A DNA stretch of 64,000 bases from Ignavibacteriota bacterium (GTDB taxonomy: Bacteria > Bacteroidota > Ignavibacteria > UBA10030), in the NCBI GenBank assembly GCA_963727825.1, contig CAVSHO010000009.1, forward strand, positions 384,001-448,000, given 5' to 3'. The notes beneath the pieces were generated by a model that was not told the DNA's origin, made no database searches, and saw nothing but the letters and a program-made list of their open reading frames with translations. The translations under genes and the position numbers were made by a program. Positions 1 to 8,712 of the stretch are shown one piece after another. How positions within the stretch are numbered: the first letter of the stretch is position 1; each line of letters begins with the position of its first letter.

Positions 1-446
1 TTAAACCATACCGGGCTGTTGAAGGACATATATTGATTGACGAGAATGAAGACCAGTTCATTATAAAATATTTCTGCGTCTTCTTCCGACGCGAAATAGC
101 CATCTTTCAAACCCCAGGCATAGTACGATTTTGCAACACGGTCGACAAGCTGACGTATGCTCGTTTCACGCTCTGGAGTACCCATTTGACCATAGAAATA
201 TTTTGAAACAACAACATTAGTTGCAGTCATTGACCAAAACTTTGGGATTTCTACATCTTTCTGTTCAAAGATTTTTTCACCACGATCATTTGAAATAATT
301 GCAGTGCGTAGTTCCCATTCAATTTCATTAAAAGGATGAATACCTCGTTTAGTAAAGTACCGCTCAAAACGCAATCCGTGTTTTTCTGTGGCGTGCATAT
401 TATTATGAGAATCTACCGAAACATTGGCTGGTTGCAAATTCTGCAT
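1..446 (-). CDS. nrdJ: Vitamin B12-dependent (class II) ribonucleotide reductase, 5' part, runs off window
   Basis: Manual translation MQNLQ...RFERYFTKRG...IFEQKDVEIPKFWSMTATNVVVSKYF...FNSPVWF matches the NrdJ N-terminus; AAGGAG RBS upstream of ATG at 446; not in the ORF track because it is truncated. Confidence 0.9.
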   Translation of the reverse strand, partial: MQNLQPANVSVDSHNNMHATEKHGLRFERYFTKRGIHPFNEIEWELRTAIISNDRGEKIFEQKDVEIPKFWSMTATNVVVSKYFYGQMGTPERETSIRQLVDRVAKSYYAWGLKDGYFASEEDAEIFYNELVFILVNQYMSFNSPVWF

Positions 447-656
447 TTGTGACTCCTTACCCCAATAAAGTGCAGCGAAGCGTTATTAATAAAAGACAAT
501 AAATCGACAAGCGCGCCTCACGACGGCTTAACGTACTTAATCTCAATTTTCAAATTACAAGTGATGACAAAACAAATGGGTGGTAATTGCACACCACGAA
601 TTAAGAGTAAAAAACTGTACCATTTTTAGATTTTTTTTAGTGTGCAACTGGTTGTA

Positions 657-685
657 AATATATTGGGTTGCAGTCCCTTTGTCAA
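657..685 (-). promoter_or_regulatory. Sigma-70 promoter of nrdJ with an overlapping weak NrdR-box-like site
   Basis: Minus strand TTGACA-17 nt-TATATT; ACCCAATATATTTAC over the -10 partly matches the NrdR box consensus. Confidence 0.65.
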
Positions 686-1094
686 GTTAAATTTGAAGTG
701 AAAAAAAATCACTTTTAAAGAGTAAAAAAAACACTTGACAAGAAAAATATTATTAATATGTAAACTGATTCTTATTCTTGTTATATAAACATCTCAGCTT
801 TCACGATGTCCGTCTAAAAGCGACTTGAATTCATTCTATACAGTCATAGTATAAAATCAATTATTATTTCTAAACACCAAACAGGTTAAAAAAGTTCTCT
901 GATTTTAGAGGCGGCATGGGAAACACAGAAATATTTTATCTCTCCTTAAGAAAGATAGAAAAGAAAAACGCATTAAAGAAATGATATCTTAGATAGGGTT
1001 ATTCGGAAGTTTGCAAAGAGAATAAAACGAAGGATTAAGCTGGTTGGTTAGCTAATTATCCTCCACTTTGTACTAATTTAGGATCGTTGTAAGA

Positions 1095-1658
1095 TCATTT
1101 TGAAATTGAAATACGCACCAATTTCCTTTGAACAATCATATCTGGCACAATCCACGCATCGCGATATCCCTTTTCAACAAACTCCGGCAATCGCTGATTG
1201 GCTTCATAACGATTTACAAAATCTCCAATTCGCACTTTATACACCGGTGCATCGTACACAACATAAATTGAGTCACCTACAAATTTCTCCAGTGCGAGAT
1301 TCTTCATCAACGATATTTCATCCACATTGGAGGATGAAAATATCTGGATGCGGAATCCTTGCACGACTTCTTCCTGAACAACCATACTGTCTTTAGGAAT
1401 TTCCAAGGGGCTCTGCACTTTCTTTTCCTCACTGCGCGCCTTTTGCGCAATCTCAATCTCTTGATCATATTCAACAGGGTTGAGTGTTATTTCATATTCA
1501 GAAATTGGAATTTTCTTCTCCTTTATTTGTCCGTTTTTTACTCTCTTATCCGGCAGAGATGATTTCGATGAAGAACAGCCAACAATGAGTACTGTAAATA
1601 AAATGATTCCAAAAAACAATATTCCACTGGTTTTTACGGGATGAAGTTGATCCAGCAT
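1095..1658 (-). CDS. SPOR-domain lipoprotein
   Basis: Lipobox IVGC; C-terminal GFRIQIFSS...YKVRIGDF...GYRDAWIV. Confidence 0.85.
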   Translation of the reverse strand: MLDQLHPVKTSGILFFGIILFTVLIVGCSSSKSSLPDKRVKNGQIKEKKIPISEYEITLNPVEYDQEIEIAQKARSEEKKVQSPLEIPKDSMVVQEEVVQGFRIQIFSSSNVDEISLMKNLALEKFVGDSIYVVYDAPVYKVRIGDFVNRYEANQRLPEFVEKGYRDAWIVPDMIVQRKLVRISISK

Positions 1659-2212
1659 GACTTGTACTCATCAGAATATTTCTGTGTTAAAGAATCGTAA
1701 AGAGCAAATGCATCTTTTCGATTTTCATACCTACCGATACTGACACGGTATAGTTTTGCACGCTTGACAAAAATATTAAATACCGGCTGGGATGCAAAAC
1801 GTTCCTTAGCTTTCTTTTGTGCACGCAATGCATTTGTTACCCGACTAAAAGCACCGACCTGCACAGTGAACACCGGATGCTCTGGGCGAACAATCTTGAT
1901 AATCGAATGTAAAGAGGATTTGGACTTTGTAACTATAGACGCACGCAAAGTATCTTGCCGTGATCTGAATTTCGGAGCAACCCGCGGTTTTTTTATTTGT
2001 GCAATCTTCATAGAATCAATTTTTGATTCAAAAGTAGTGTCTGGCATAATTGCACGATGCGCCACACGATGTGTTGTATCGATTGGACCAAAAATTTGTA
2101 CGGGATTTTTTGTTCGATTGCCTCCACCGGTTTCTTCAGAAGGAACACAGCCAACGAGCACCAGCGCTGCGCCGACAGAAAATAAAATAAACGTAAGGAG
2201 CCGTTGAATCAC
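1634..2212 (-). CDS. SPOR-domain lipoprotein
   Basis: Lipobox LVGC; FTVQVGAFS...LYRVSIGRY. Confidence 0.85.
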   Translation of the reverse strand: MIQRLLTFILFSVGAALVLVGCVPSEETGGGNRTKNPVQIFGPIDTTHRVAHRAIMPDTTFESKIDSMKIAQIKKPRVAPKFRSRQDTLRASIVTKSKSSLHSIIKIVRPEHPVFTVQVGAFSRVTNALRAQKKAKERFASQPVFNIFVKRAKLYRVSIGRYENRKDAFALYDSLTQKYSDEYKSCWINFIP

Positions 2213-2228
2213 TACGTACCGCTTTCAA

Positions 2229-3104
2229 TTATGTGGATGGTAAGGTTACCTTTTCCCCGGTGACAATCTTGACACTCGCACTCGCGCCAATGCGATCAGC
2301 GCCGCTTGCAATAAGAGCACGTGCTTCTTCCTGCGATCGCACTCCCCCTGATGCCTTGACTCCTAATTCCGGACCAACAACTTTCCTCATCAACGCGATA
2401 TCGCCGACAGTCGCCCCACCTTTTACAAATCCAGTCGAAGTTTTCACAAAGTCTGCTCCGGCATGTTTCGCCAGCATACAGGCTTTCACTTTTTCTTCAT
2501 CGGTCAACAGTCCGGTTTCAATAATCACCTTAGCAAGCACTCCATAACTATGTGCTACGCTAACGACTGAAAGAATATCTTCTTCTACATAATTATACTC
2601 GCCCGACTTCAGCATCCCGATATTGATTACCATATCCACTTCACGCGCGCCGTCTTTGATTGCCCGATCTGTCTCAAACGCTTTTGCCGCACTCGAAGTT
2701 GCTCCCAACGGGAAACCAATAACAGTACAAACTTTTACATCCGTATCACGTAAAAGTCCCGCGCAAAGCTTTACATTTGATGGATTAATACAAACGCTTG
2801 CAAATCCGTATTGTTTTGCTTCAGAGCAGAGTTTTTCGATTTCCTTTTGCGTCGCATCTGGCCTCAGAAGTGTATGGTCAATCATCCGTGCAAGGTCGGG
2901 ATCGAAGGTATTCTCCTCCAGCCCAATACCTGTAGAGATTCGGTCTGCACCACTTTGAACGATATTTTTCACGCCATCTTTATTATGGATGACGCAAAGA
3001 TTATCTGTGCAAATGCCGTCCTTAGTGCAAGTGTAAGCATTTGTCTCGTTTAGTACCTGTTCGATAAGATGAAGAATTGTTTGCTTATCCATTCTCTTTT
3101 CCAC
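2229..3104 (-). CDS. deoC: Deoxyribose-phosphate aldolase with an N-terminal extension
   Basis: [41 protein letters not shown] motifs; ~65 extra N-terminal residues; ATG at 3092 is an alternative start. Confidence 0.95.
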   Translation of the reverse strand: MEKRMDKQTILHLIEQVLNETNAYTCTKDGICTDNLCVIHNKDGVKNIVQSGADRISTGIGLEENTFDPDLARMIDHTLLRPDATQKEIEKLCSEAKQYGFASVCINPSNVKLCAGLLRDTDVKVCTVIGFPLGATSSAAKAFETDRAIKDGAREVDMVINIGMLKSGEYNYVEEDILSVVSVAHSYGVLAKVIIETGLLTDEEKVKACMLAKHAGADFVKTSTGFVKGGATVGDIALMRKVVGPELGVKASGGVRSQEEARALIASGADRIGASASVKIVTGEKVTLPST

Positions 3105-3298
3105 AGCATTTTCAAAAAAACCGTCTGTGTCAATATACGAGAATTATTTTGAGTTACAAGAGTCTTAATTGTTAAGTCGATTAAGTCCTATTTTTCGAAG
3201 AAAAATATTATGTTTGCAAACAAGTTCAATATAAAGTGCAAGTCATTGTCTAAGTCTCAAGCAAAACAATATGTCAACATGTTATTGGCGGAAAATGA

Positions 3299-4222
3299 TT
3301 ATTCGAACAACTCACCAGTTTCAATTTCATAGCCGCGAAGAAATTCTTCTATGCCGAGACGGCGTTTCCCTTCTTGCTGAATTTCGAGAATAGATACAGC
3401 GCCATCTCCAGTTCCGATGAGTAGTGTGTCATTCGTTCGCTGAAGAACAATCCCTGCTGTTTTCAATTGTGTTTCTGCAATTTTTACACGATATATTTTA
3501 ATTGTCTTGCCTTTATGTGTTGTCCAAGAAGCTGGCTGTGGTGAAAGTCCTCTAATAAAATCATGAATCTGATGCGATGATTTCTTCCAATCAATACGAC
3601 AATTATTTTTGAAAATCTTTGGTGCAGGACATGCCAGTGAATCATTTTGAATATGTGGTTGTGCCTTACCAAGTTCGATCAGCCGGACAGTTTGAAGAAC
3701 AATTTCAGCACCGACTTCAGAAAGTGTGTCATGCAATTCGCCGGCGGTTTCATCCGCACCGATTTTTACACGCGCTTGTAGAAGCACAGCGCCTGTATCC
3801 ACTTTATCCTGCAGAAAAAATGTTGTAACACCAGATTCTTTTTCGCCGTTGATAATCGCCCAGTTAATCGGAGCCGCGCCGCGGTACCTCGGCAGAAGTG
3901 ACGCATGAAGATTAAAAGAACCGAGCTTTGGAATTGTGTATACTTCTCGCGGTAAGACCCGAAAGGCTACTATTACGATGAGGTCGGGCGCAAGTTCCTG
4001 AACGCCTGAAATAAAATCTGAATCTTTAAGATTTTCAGGTTGAAGAATCGAAAGACGACGATAAAGTGCGAATTCTTTTACCGGTGTGAAAGACATTTGC
4101 TGACCACGCCCTCTCGGTTTATCAGGCGCTGTCACAACAGCTGAAATCTCATATGAATGATCAAGAAGGATACGAAGACTTGGGACAGCAAATTCCGGTG
4201 TGCCCATAAAAAGGATTCGCAT
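3299..4222 (-). CDS. fmt: Methionyl-tRNA formyltransferase
   Basis: MRILFMGTPEFAV, NLHASLLPRYRGAAPI. Confidence 0.97.
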   Translation of the reverse strand: MRILFMGTPEFAVPSLRILLDHSYEISAVVTAPDKPRGRGQQMSFTPVKEFALYRRLSILQPENLKDSDFISGVQELAPDLIVIVAFRVLPREVYTIPKLGSFNLHASLLPRYRGAAPINWAIINGEKESGVTTFFLQDKVDTGAVLLQARVKIGADETAGELHDTLSEVGAEIVLQTVRLIELGKAQPHIQNDSLACPAPKIFKNNCRIDWKKSSHQIHDFIRGLSPQPASWTTHKGKTIKIYRVKIAETQLKTAGIVLQRTNDTLLIGTGDGAVSILEIQQEGKRRLGIEEFLRGYEIETGELFE

Positions 4223-4226
4223 GTTT

Positions 4227-4823
4227 TTATTCCTCCTTTGCCGTCACCACCGGATAATCCACTTCGATTTCTCCTTTTCGTATCTTTCTTAATTTTGGCA
4301 GCAACAAGCTCCGTTTTGTCTTGCTTACACGATCCACAAAAAGTATCCCATTAAGATGATCTAACTCATGAAGAATGACACGCGCAAGTAATCCATCGGC
4401 AAGCAGATCTTGTTCTTTGAATTCGGCATCATGAAAACGAACACGTACCTTCTCTGCACGTTCTACTTCCCCGCGTAGATTTGGAAGGCTAAGGCATCCT
4501 TCTTCCATCAACCACTTACCTTCTTCACTAATAATTTCAGGATTAATCAATGTCAGTGTTCTCGGAAGATGGGGCGACGTAGGATGCATTGTATCTTCTG
4601 TTTCGCCCTCGGCATTTGGCTCAGTTACATCTGAAATATCTATGGTGATAACACGCCGAAGATCGCCCACCTGCGTTGCTGCAAGGCCAAGACCGTTGGC
4701 CTCATGCATTGTCTCAAACATATCGTATATAAGCTTGACAGTCGAGTCATCTAACAATTCTATCGGCTTGGCTGTTTTCTTTAGAATTTTTGTTCCGAAA
4801 AGATAAATTGGAAGAATAGACAT
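4227..4823 (-). CDS. def: Peptide deformylase
   Basis: GLGLAATQVG, EGCLS, HELDH motifs; adjacent to fmt. Confidence 0.97.
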   Translation of the reverse strand: MSILPIYLFGTKILKKTAKPIELLDDSTVKLIYDMFETMHEANGLGLAATQVGDLRRVITIDISDVTEPNAEGETEDTMHPTSPHLPRTLTLINPEIISEEGKWLMEEGCLSLPNLRGEVERAEKVRVRFHDAEFKEQDLLADGLLARVILHELDHLNGILFVDRVSKTKRSLLLPKLRKIRKGEIEVDYPVVTAKEE

Positions 4824-4927
4824 GCGTGCGAACCTTTGTTAATCCTGGTTTTTTATAATTATGATTTTAAAAAATCCTAATTGAATTCCCTACATGTTAT
4901 TTGCGTTTTACAACCTGTAATCTGCAA

Positions 4928-5548
4928 TTAGTTATTAACAATCCGACGCGCTGTCTCAAACCGCTTAGAAAAGTATGAACTTTGCAGTGAAGAAATCGTT
5001 ACGCCAAATGAGACACTCGCATGCGCAAAGAGATCGTCTCCCAAATAAATACCAACGTGAGATGCGCTTTCCCCATTAGTATTGAAGAAAATCAAATCAC
5101 CAAACTTCAAATCACTTAATTCGACTGCCTTGCCAAGCTTCGATTGTTCCGCGCTGGAGCGTGGAAGCAGTTTGCCGATAGAATTCTTGTACACCGTCAT
5201 TGTATAACCCGAGCAATCCATTCCATCTGGTCCGGCGCCGCCAAGCACGTATGGTACACCCATAAATTTTGAAATCTCCCGCATCATCTTGCTCTGATCA
5301 AGTGGTTTAAGAGCTTCGTTTTTTTCCTTCCGAAAATCACGTGTGCCGCTGGTCACGCGTTCAATTTCTTTCACATCCGGCTTTTTATCATTCTCTTTAT
5401 TTTCCTCTTCCGCTTCCTTTGACGAGAAACGCGTACCATGAGTCGATCCTGTCTCTGTATGCGAAGATTTTTTTCCTTCACTGCCAAATCGTGGAGATGA
5501 TGTGCCGCATCCTTCAAGTACGAAGATTGAAATAGAAATTCCAATCAC
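4928..5548 (-). CDS. NlpC/P60 (C40) peptidoglycan peptidase lipoprotein
   Basis: LEGC lipobox; PYVLGG, DCSG, HVGIY, FAHAS. Confidence 0.92.
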   Translation of the reverse strand: MIGISISIFVLEGCGTSSPRFGSEGKKSSHTETGSTHGTRFSSKEAEEENKENDKKPDVKEIERVTSGTRDFRKEKNEALKPLDQSKMMREISKFMGVPYVLGGAGPDGMDCSGYTMTVYKNSIGKLLPRSSAEQSKLGKAVELSDLKFGDLIFFNTNGESASHVGIYLGDDLFAHASVSFGVTISSLQSSYFSKRFETARRIVNN

Positions 5549-5597
5549 GTAAAATATTGAACGTTTTAAGCCGATGAAGAAAATGCTTTCTTTATGA

Positions 5598-5620
5598 CAA
5601 AGCCCCGCACACGCGGGGCC
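5598..5620 (-). terminator. GC-rich hairpin downstream of the sigma factor gene, possible terminator
   Basis: GCCCCGC-ACAC-GCGGGGC stem with a short T run on the minus strand. Confidence 0.45.
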
Positions 5621-5670
5621 TGTTATGGATTCTAACCAAAATGTTGTTCGTGTGCCAATAAGTTTTCTAT

Positions 5671-6528
5671 TTATCCAAGATATGCGCGCAACGCTTTGCT
5701 TCTAGATGCATGCCGCAAGCGGCGAATTGCTTTTTCTTTAATCTGCCGAACTCGTTCACGAGTCAAGTTAAATTTTTCTCCGATTTCTTCAAGCGTGAGC
5801 GAATGCTCAGAATCGAGGCCGAAATAGAGTTTGATAACCTGCGATTCGCGTTCGCTCAGTGTCGCCAATGCACGCTTCACCTCATTCTTCAACGATTCTT
5901 CTAAAAGGCCGGAGTCTGGAGTCGGCTGACGATTATCCTGAATAACATCGAGCAAACGATTATCTTCACCTTGTGCAAATGGCGCATCCATCGATAAATG
6001 TCTGCCGGAAATTTTTAGCGTGTCGGAAACTTCAAAGAGCGACATATCTAATTCTTCCGCCAACTCACTCGCACTCGGCTCACGTTCAAATTCTTGTTCC
6101 AGTGTACTAAATGCCTTGCCAATCTTGTTCAAAGCACCTACACGATTGAGCGGTAAGCGCACAATGCGCGATTGTTCCGCCAGTGCCTGAAGAATTGATT
6201 GTCGAATCCACCATACGGCATACGAAATAAATTTGAATCCGCGCGTTTCGTCAAAACGCTTTGCAGCCTTTATAAGACCAAGATTGCCTTCGTTAATCAA
6301 GTCGCCGAGCGACAATCCCTGGTTTTGATACTGCTTTGCTACGCTGACAACAAAGCGAAGGTTTGCCTTTGTCAATTTCTCCAGCGCTTTTTGATCGCCT
6401 TTTTTGATACGTCGGGCGAGATCAATCTCCTCCTGCGGCACTAATAATTCAACTTTGCCAATTTCTTGAAGATATTTATCTAACGATTGGCTTTCACGAT
6501 TCGTATATTGTTTGCTTATTTTCACCAT
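5671..6528 (-). CDS. rpoD: RpoD/SigA-family sigma-70 factor lacking region 1.1 (Bacteroidota/Chlorobi type)
   Basis: [46 protein letters not shown]. Confidence 0.92.
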   Translation of the reverse strand: MVKISKQYTNRESQSLDKYLQEIGKVELLVPQEEIDLARRIKKGDQKALEKLTKANLRFVVSVAKQYQNQGLSLGDLINEGNLGLIKAAKRFDETRGFKFISYAVWWIRQSILQALAEQSRIVRLPLNRVGALNKIGKAFSTLEQEFEREPSASELAEELDMSLFEVSDTLKISGRHLSMDAPFAQGEDNRLLDVIQDNRQPTPDSGLLEESLKNEVKRALATLSERESQVIKLYFGLDSEHSLTLEEIGEKFNLTRERVRQIKEKAIRRLRHASRSKALRAYLG

Positions 6529-6636
6529 TGACTCTTTTACCAAAATTTAACTTTTGTTTCCCGTCCGGCTCTTGGCTGGACTACGGGTGTTCCAGCGATA
6601 GTTTCTATTTATTAACATTAAAGGAGGATGGAAAGT

Positions 6637-6909
6637 TCACGACCGCTGAAGATCGATCCTATCCACTATCCCGACAATACTTGCATCTACCGGCGCCATT
6701 TCTACCGGTAATGGAATTACCGCTTCGCGTGATGTGATATAAAAAACTGTTTCGCTCTGTCCGGCCCCAACAGTATCTACTGCTATAATCGGAGAGCCTG
6801 CTTGCTCGCGTTTTGCGTTCAACGGCTGAATGATCTGAAGTTTAAAACTCTTCATATTTTCATCCTTTCGCGTTGCCCACAGAGTTCCAATTACCTTTGC
6901 AAAAAACAT
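6637..6909 (-). CDS. Microcompartment vertex (BMC-P, EutN/CcmL family) protein
   Basis: AKVIGTLWATRK...AVDTVGAG...PVDASIVGIVD. Confidence 0.93.
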   Translation of the reverse strand: MFFAKVIGTLWATRKDENMKSFKLQIIQPLNAKREQAGSPIIAVDTVGAGQSETVFYITSREAVIPLPVEMAPVDASIVGIVDRIDLQRS

Positions 6910-6921
6910 GCCCGCCTCGCA

Positions 6922-7191
6922 TTACTCAGATACATCTAATTTATCAACCACCGCCATAATGACGGCGTCCACGGGTTTATTTTTTGTAACTGCCGTTTGG
7001 CGCGCAGAACTTCCTGATGCCACGAGCACGATGTCGCCAACACCCGCTTGCACGGTATCGACGGCAACAACAAATGAATCTTTGAGCTTATAATCTAAAT
7101 CAACATGCTTGACAATTTGAAGCTTCATCCCGACCATCTCTTCGTCTTTGCGTGTTGCCCAAATCGTGCCAATGACTTTTCCAAGAATCAT
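6922..7191 (-). CDS. Microcompartment vertex (BMC-P, EutN/CcmL family) protein
   Basis: GKVIGTIWATRK...AVDTVQAGVGD...GSSAR...PVDAVIMAVVD. Confidence 0.95.
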   Translation of the reverse strand: MILGKVIGTIWATRKDEEMVGMKLQIVKHVDLDYKLKDSFVVAVDTVQAGVGDIVLVASGSSARQTAVTKNKPVDAVIMAVVDKLDVSE

Positions 7192-7255
7192 GATTCACCT
7201 GTTTATTAGACTCTGCAATCGGTATATTGTTTCCTTTTACAGCGCATCTTTCGTC

Positions 7256-8446
7256 TTATAAAATGTTTGCTAGAAAACTTTGACCGGAAAGCGATCGAGC
7301 ATTTGCGGCGTCAAAGAACTCTGCTATAGTCTTGCCAATATCAGCAAACGAATTACGAACACCGAGATTTACATTCTTCTTGCCTGACTTTGTATAGCAC
7401 AACAATGGAACATATTCTCGCGTGTGATCCGTGCTCTGATCTGTCGGATCGTTGCCGTGATCGGCAGTCAAAATCAGCATATCATTATCACCTATGCACT
7501 TCTGGATTTCAGGAAGCTTCGCATCAAACTCTTCAAGTGCTTTGGCATATCCTTTTGCATCTTGGCGATGACCAAAGAGCATATCGAAGTCAACTAAGTT
7601 TGCCATTAAAAATCCGGATTGCATTGATCTTCCAACTTTAATAATTTCTTCGATGCCTTCTGCATTGGACTTGACATGAATCTTTTCCTGCAATCCGCGA
7701 CCACTAAACAAGTCATCTATCTTACCAATGCCGATTGTTGTTACGCTGCTTGCATATAAAACATCCAGCACGGTTTCTGCCGGGGGTTGAACTGCATAAT
7801 CTCGTCTATACGGTGTACGCGTGTAGTTGCCGGTTACTCCGATGAATGGACGAGCAATCACGCGGCCAACACGATACTCATCTACTACGACTTGGTCACG
7901 TGTTTTTTGACAAATCTCATAGAGACGCTCTAATGGAATTACATCCTGATGTGCAGCAATTTGGAAAACAGAATCACCGGATGTATATACAATCGGAAAA
8001 CCAGTGCGCACATGCTCATCGCCCAACTCTTTGATGATCTCTGTGCCAGATGCCGGCTTGTTGCCTAAATATCCATTGCATCCAGTGACACGAAGAAACT
8101 TCTCAAGCAATTTTTTCGGAAAACCATTCGGATATAATGGAAATGCTTGTCGAGTAATAATGCCAGCTATTTCCCAATGTCCAGTTGTACTGTCTTTGCC
8201 ATTCGACGCTTCAGCCATTTTGCCGAAGCAACCAATTGCATCCTTGTTTTTTGAAACACCATTTATATTCGTAATGTTTCCAAGTCCAAGTGCTGCCAGA
8301 TTTGGTAATCGCAGTCCGCCTACTTGCTGAGCAATGTGAGAGATCGTATTAGTTCCTTTGTCTCCATAAGCTCCGGCGTCGGGTAATTCACCAACACCAA
8401 CACTATCTAAAACTATGAGTATAAGTTTCGTCTGCTTCAACCTCAT
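7256..8446 (-). CDS. deoB: Phosphopentomutase
   Basis: IVLDSVGVG, GKDSTTGHWE, NLVDFDMLFGHR, TADHGNDP, DHTRE. Confidence 0.96.
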   Translation of the reverse strand: MRLKQTKLILIVLDSVGVGELPDAGAYGDKGTNTISHIAQQVGGLRLPNLAALGLGNITNINGVSKNKDAIGCFGKMAEASNGKDSTTGHWEIAGIITRQAFPLYPNGFPKKLLEKFLRVTGCNGYLGNKPASGTEIIKELGDEHVRTGFPIVYTSGDSVFQIAAHQDVIPLERLYEICQKTRDQVVVDEYRVGRVIARPFIGVTGNYTRTPYRRDYAVQPPAETVLDVLYASSVTTIGIGKIDDLFSGRGLQEKIHVKSNAEGIEEIIKVGRSMQSGFLMANLVDFDMLFGHRQDAKGYAKALEEFDAKLPEIQKCIGDNDMLILTADHGNDPTDQSTDHTREYVPLLCYTKSGKKNVNLGVRNSFADIGKTIAEFFDAANARSLSGQSFLANIL

Positions 8447-8482
8447 CTGAAATTTTCTCTACGAGGATTGCGCATTGAACTA

Positions 8483-8677
8483 TTATCCTAAAAGCTCCTT
8501 CTCGTTGCACTTACAGATCTGCACCCGTTGTCGGTTGAATTTATAGGACCCATGCGCTGAACGCACCGATTGTACATAGAGTGTTGGTGTTTTAGTAGTG
8601 CCGCACTTTGGGCACTTCACCCCTTTTTCCTGTGCGGCTTTTCTTGCTTTTTCAGCAAAGTCAGTTTGTTTTGCCAT
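8483..8677 (-). CDS. Small basic Cys-containing (putative zinc-binding) protein
   Basis: 64 aa, CPKC and CKC, GGAG RBS, co-oriented upstream of deoB. Confidence 0.75.
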   Translation of the reverse strand: MAKQTDFAEKARKAAQEKGVKCPKCGTTKTPTLYVQSVRSAHGSYKFNRQRVQICKCNEKELLG

Positions 8678-8712
8678 TTACATCTCCAAAAAAAGAATTA
8701 TTGTCTTGTTAT

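Noticed and set aside
735-766. Plus-strand TTGACA as promoter of a hidden sRNA
   Set aside because: No good -10 at 16-18 nt spacing and no clear terminator in 770-1090
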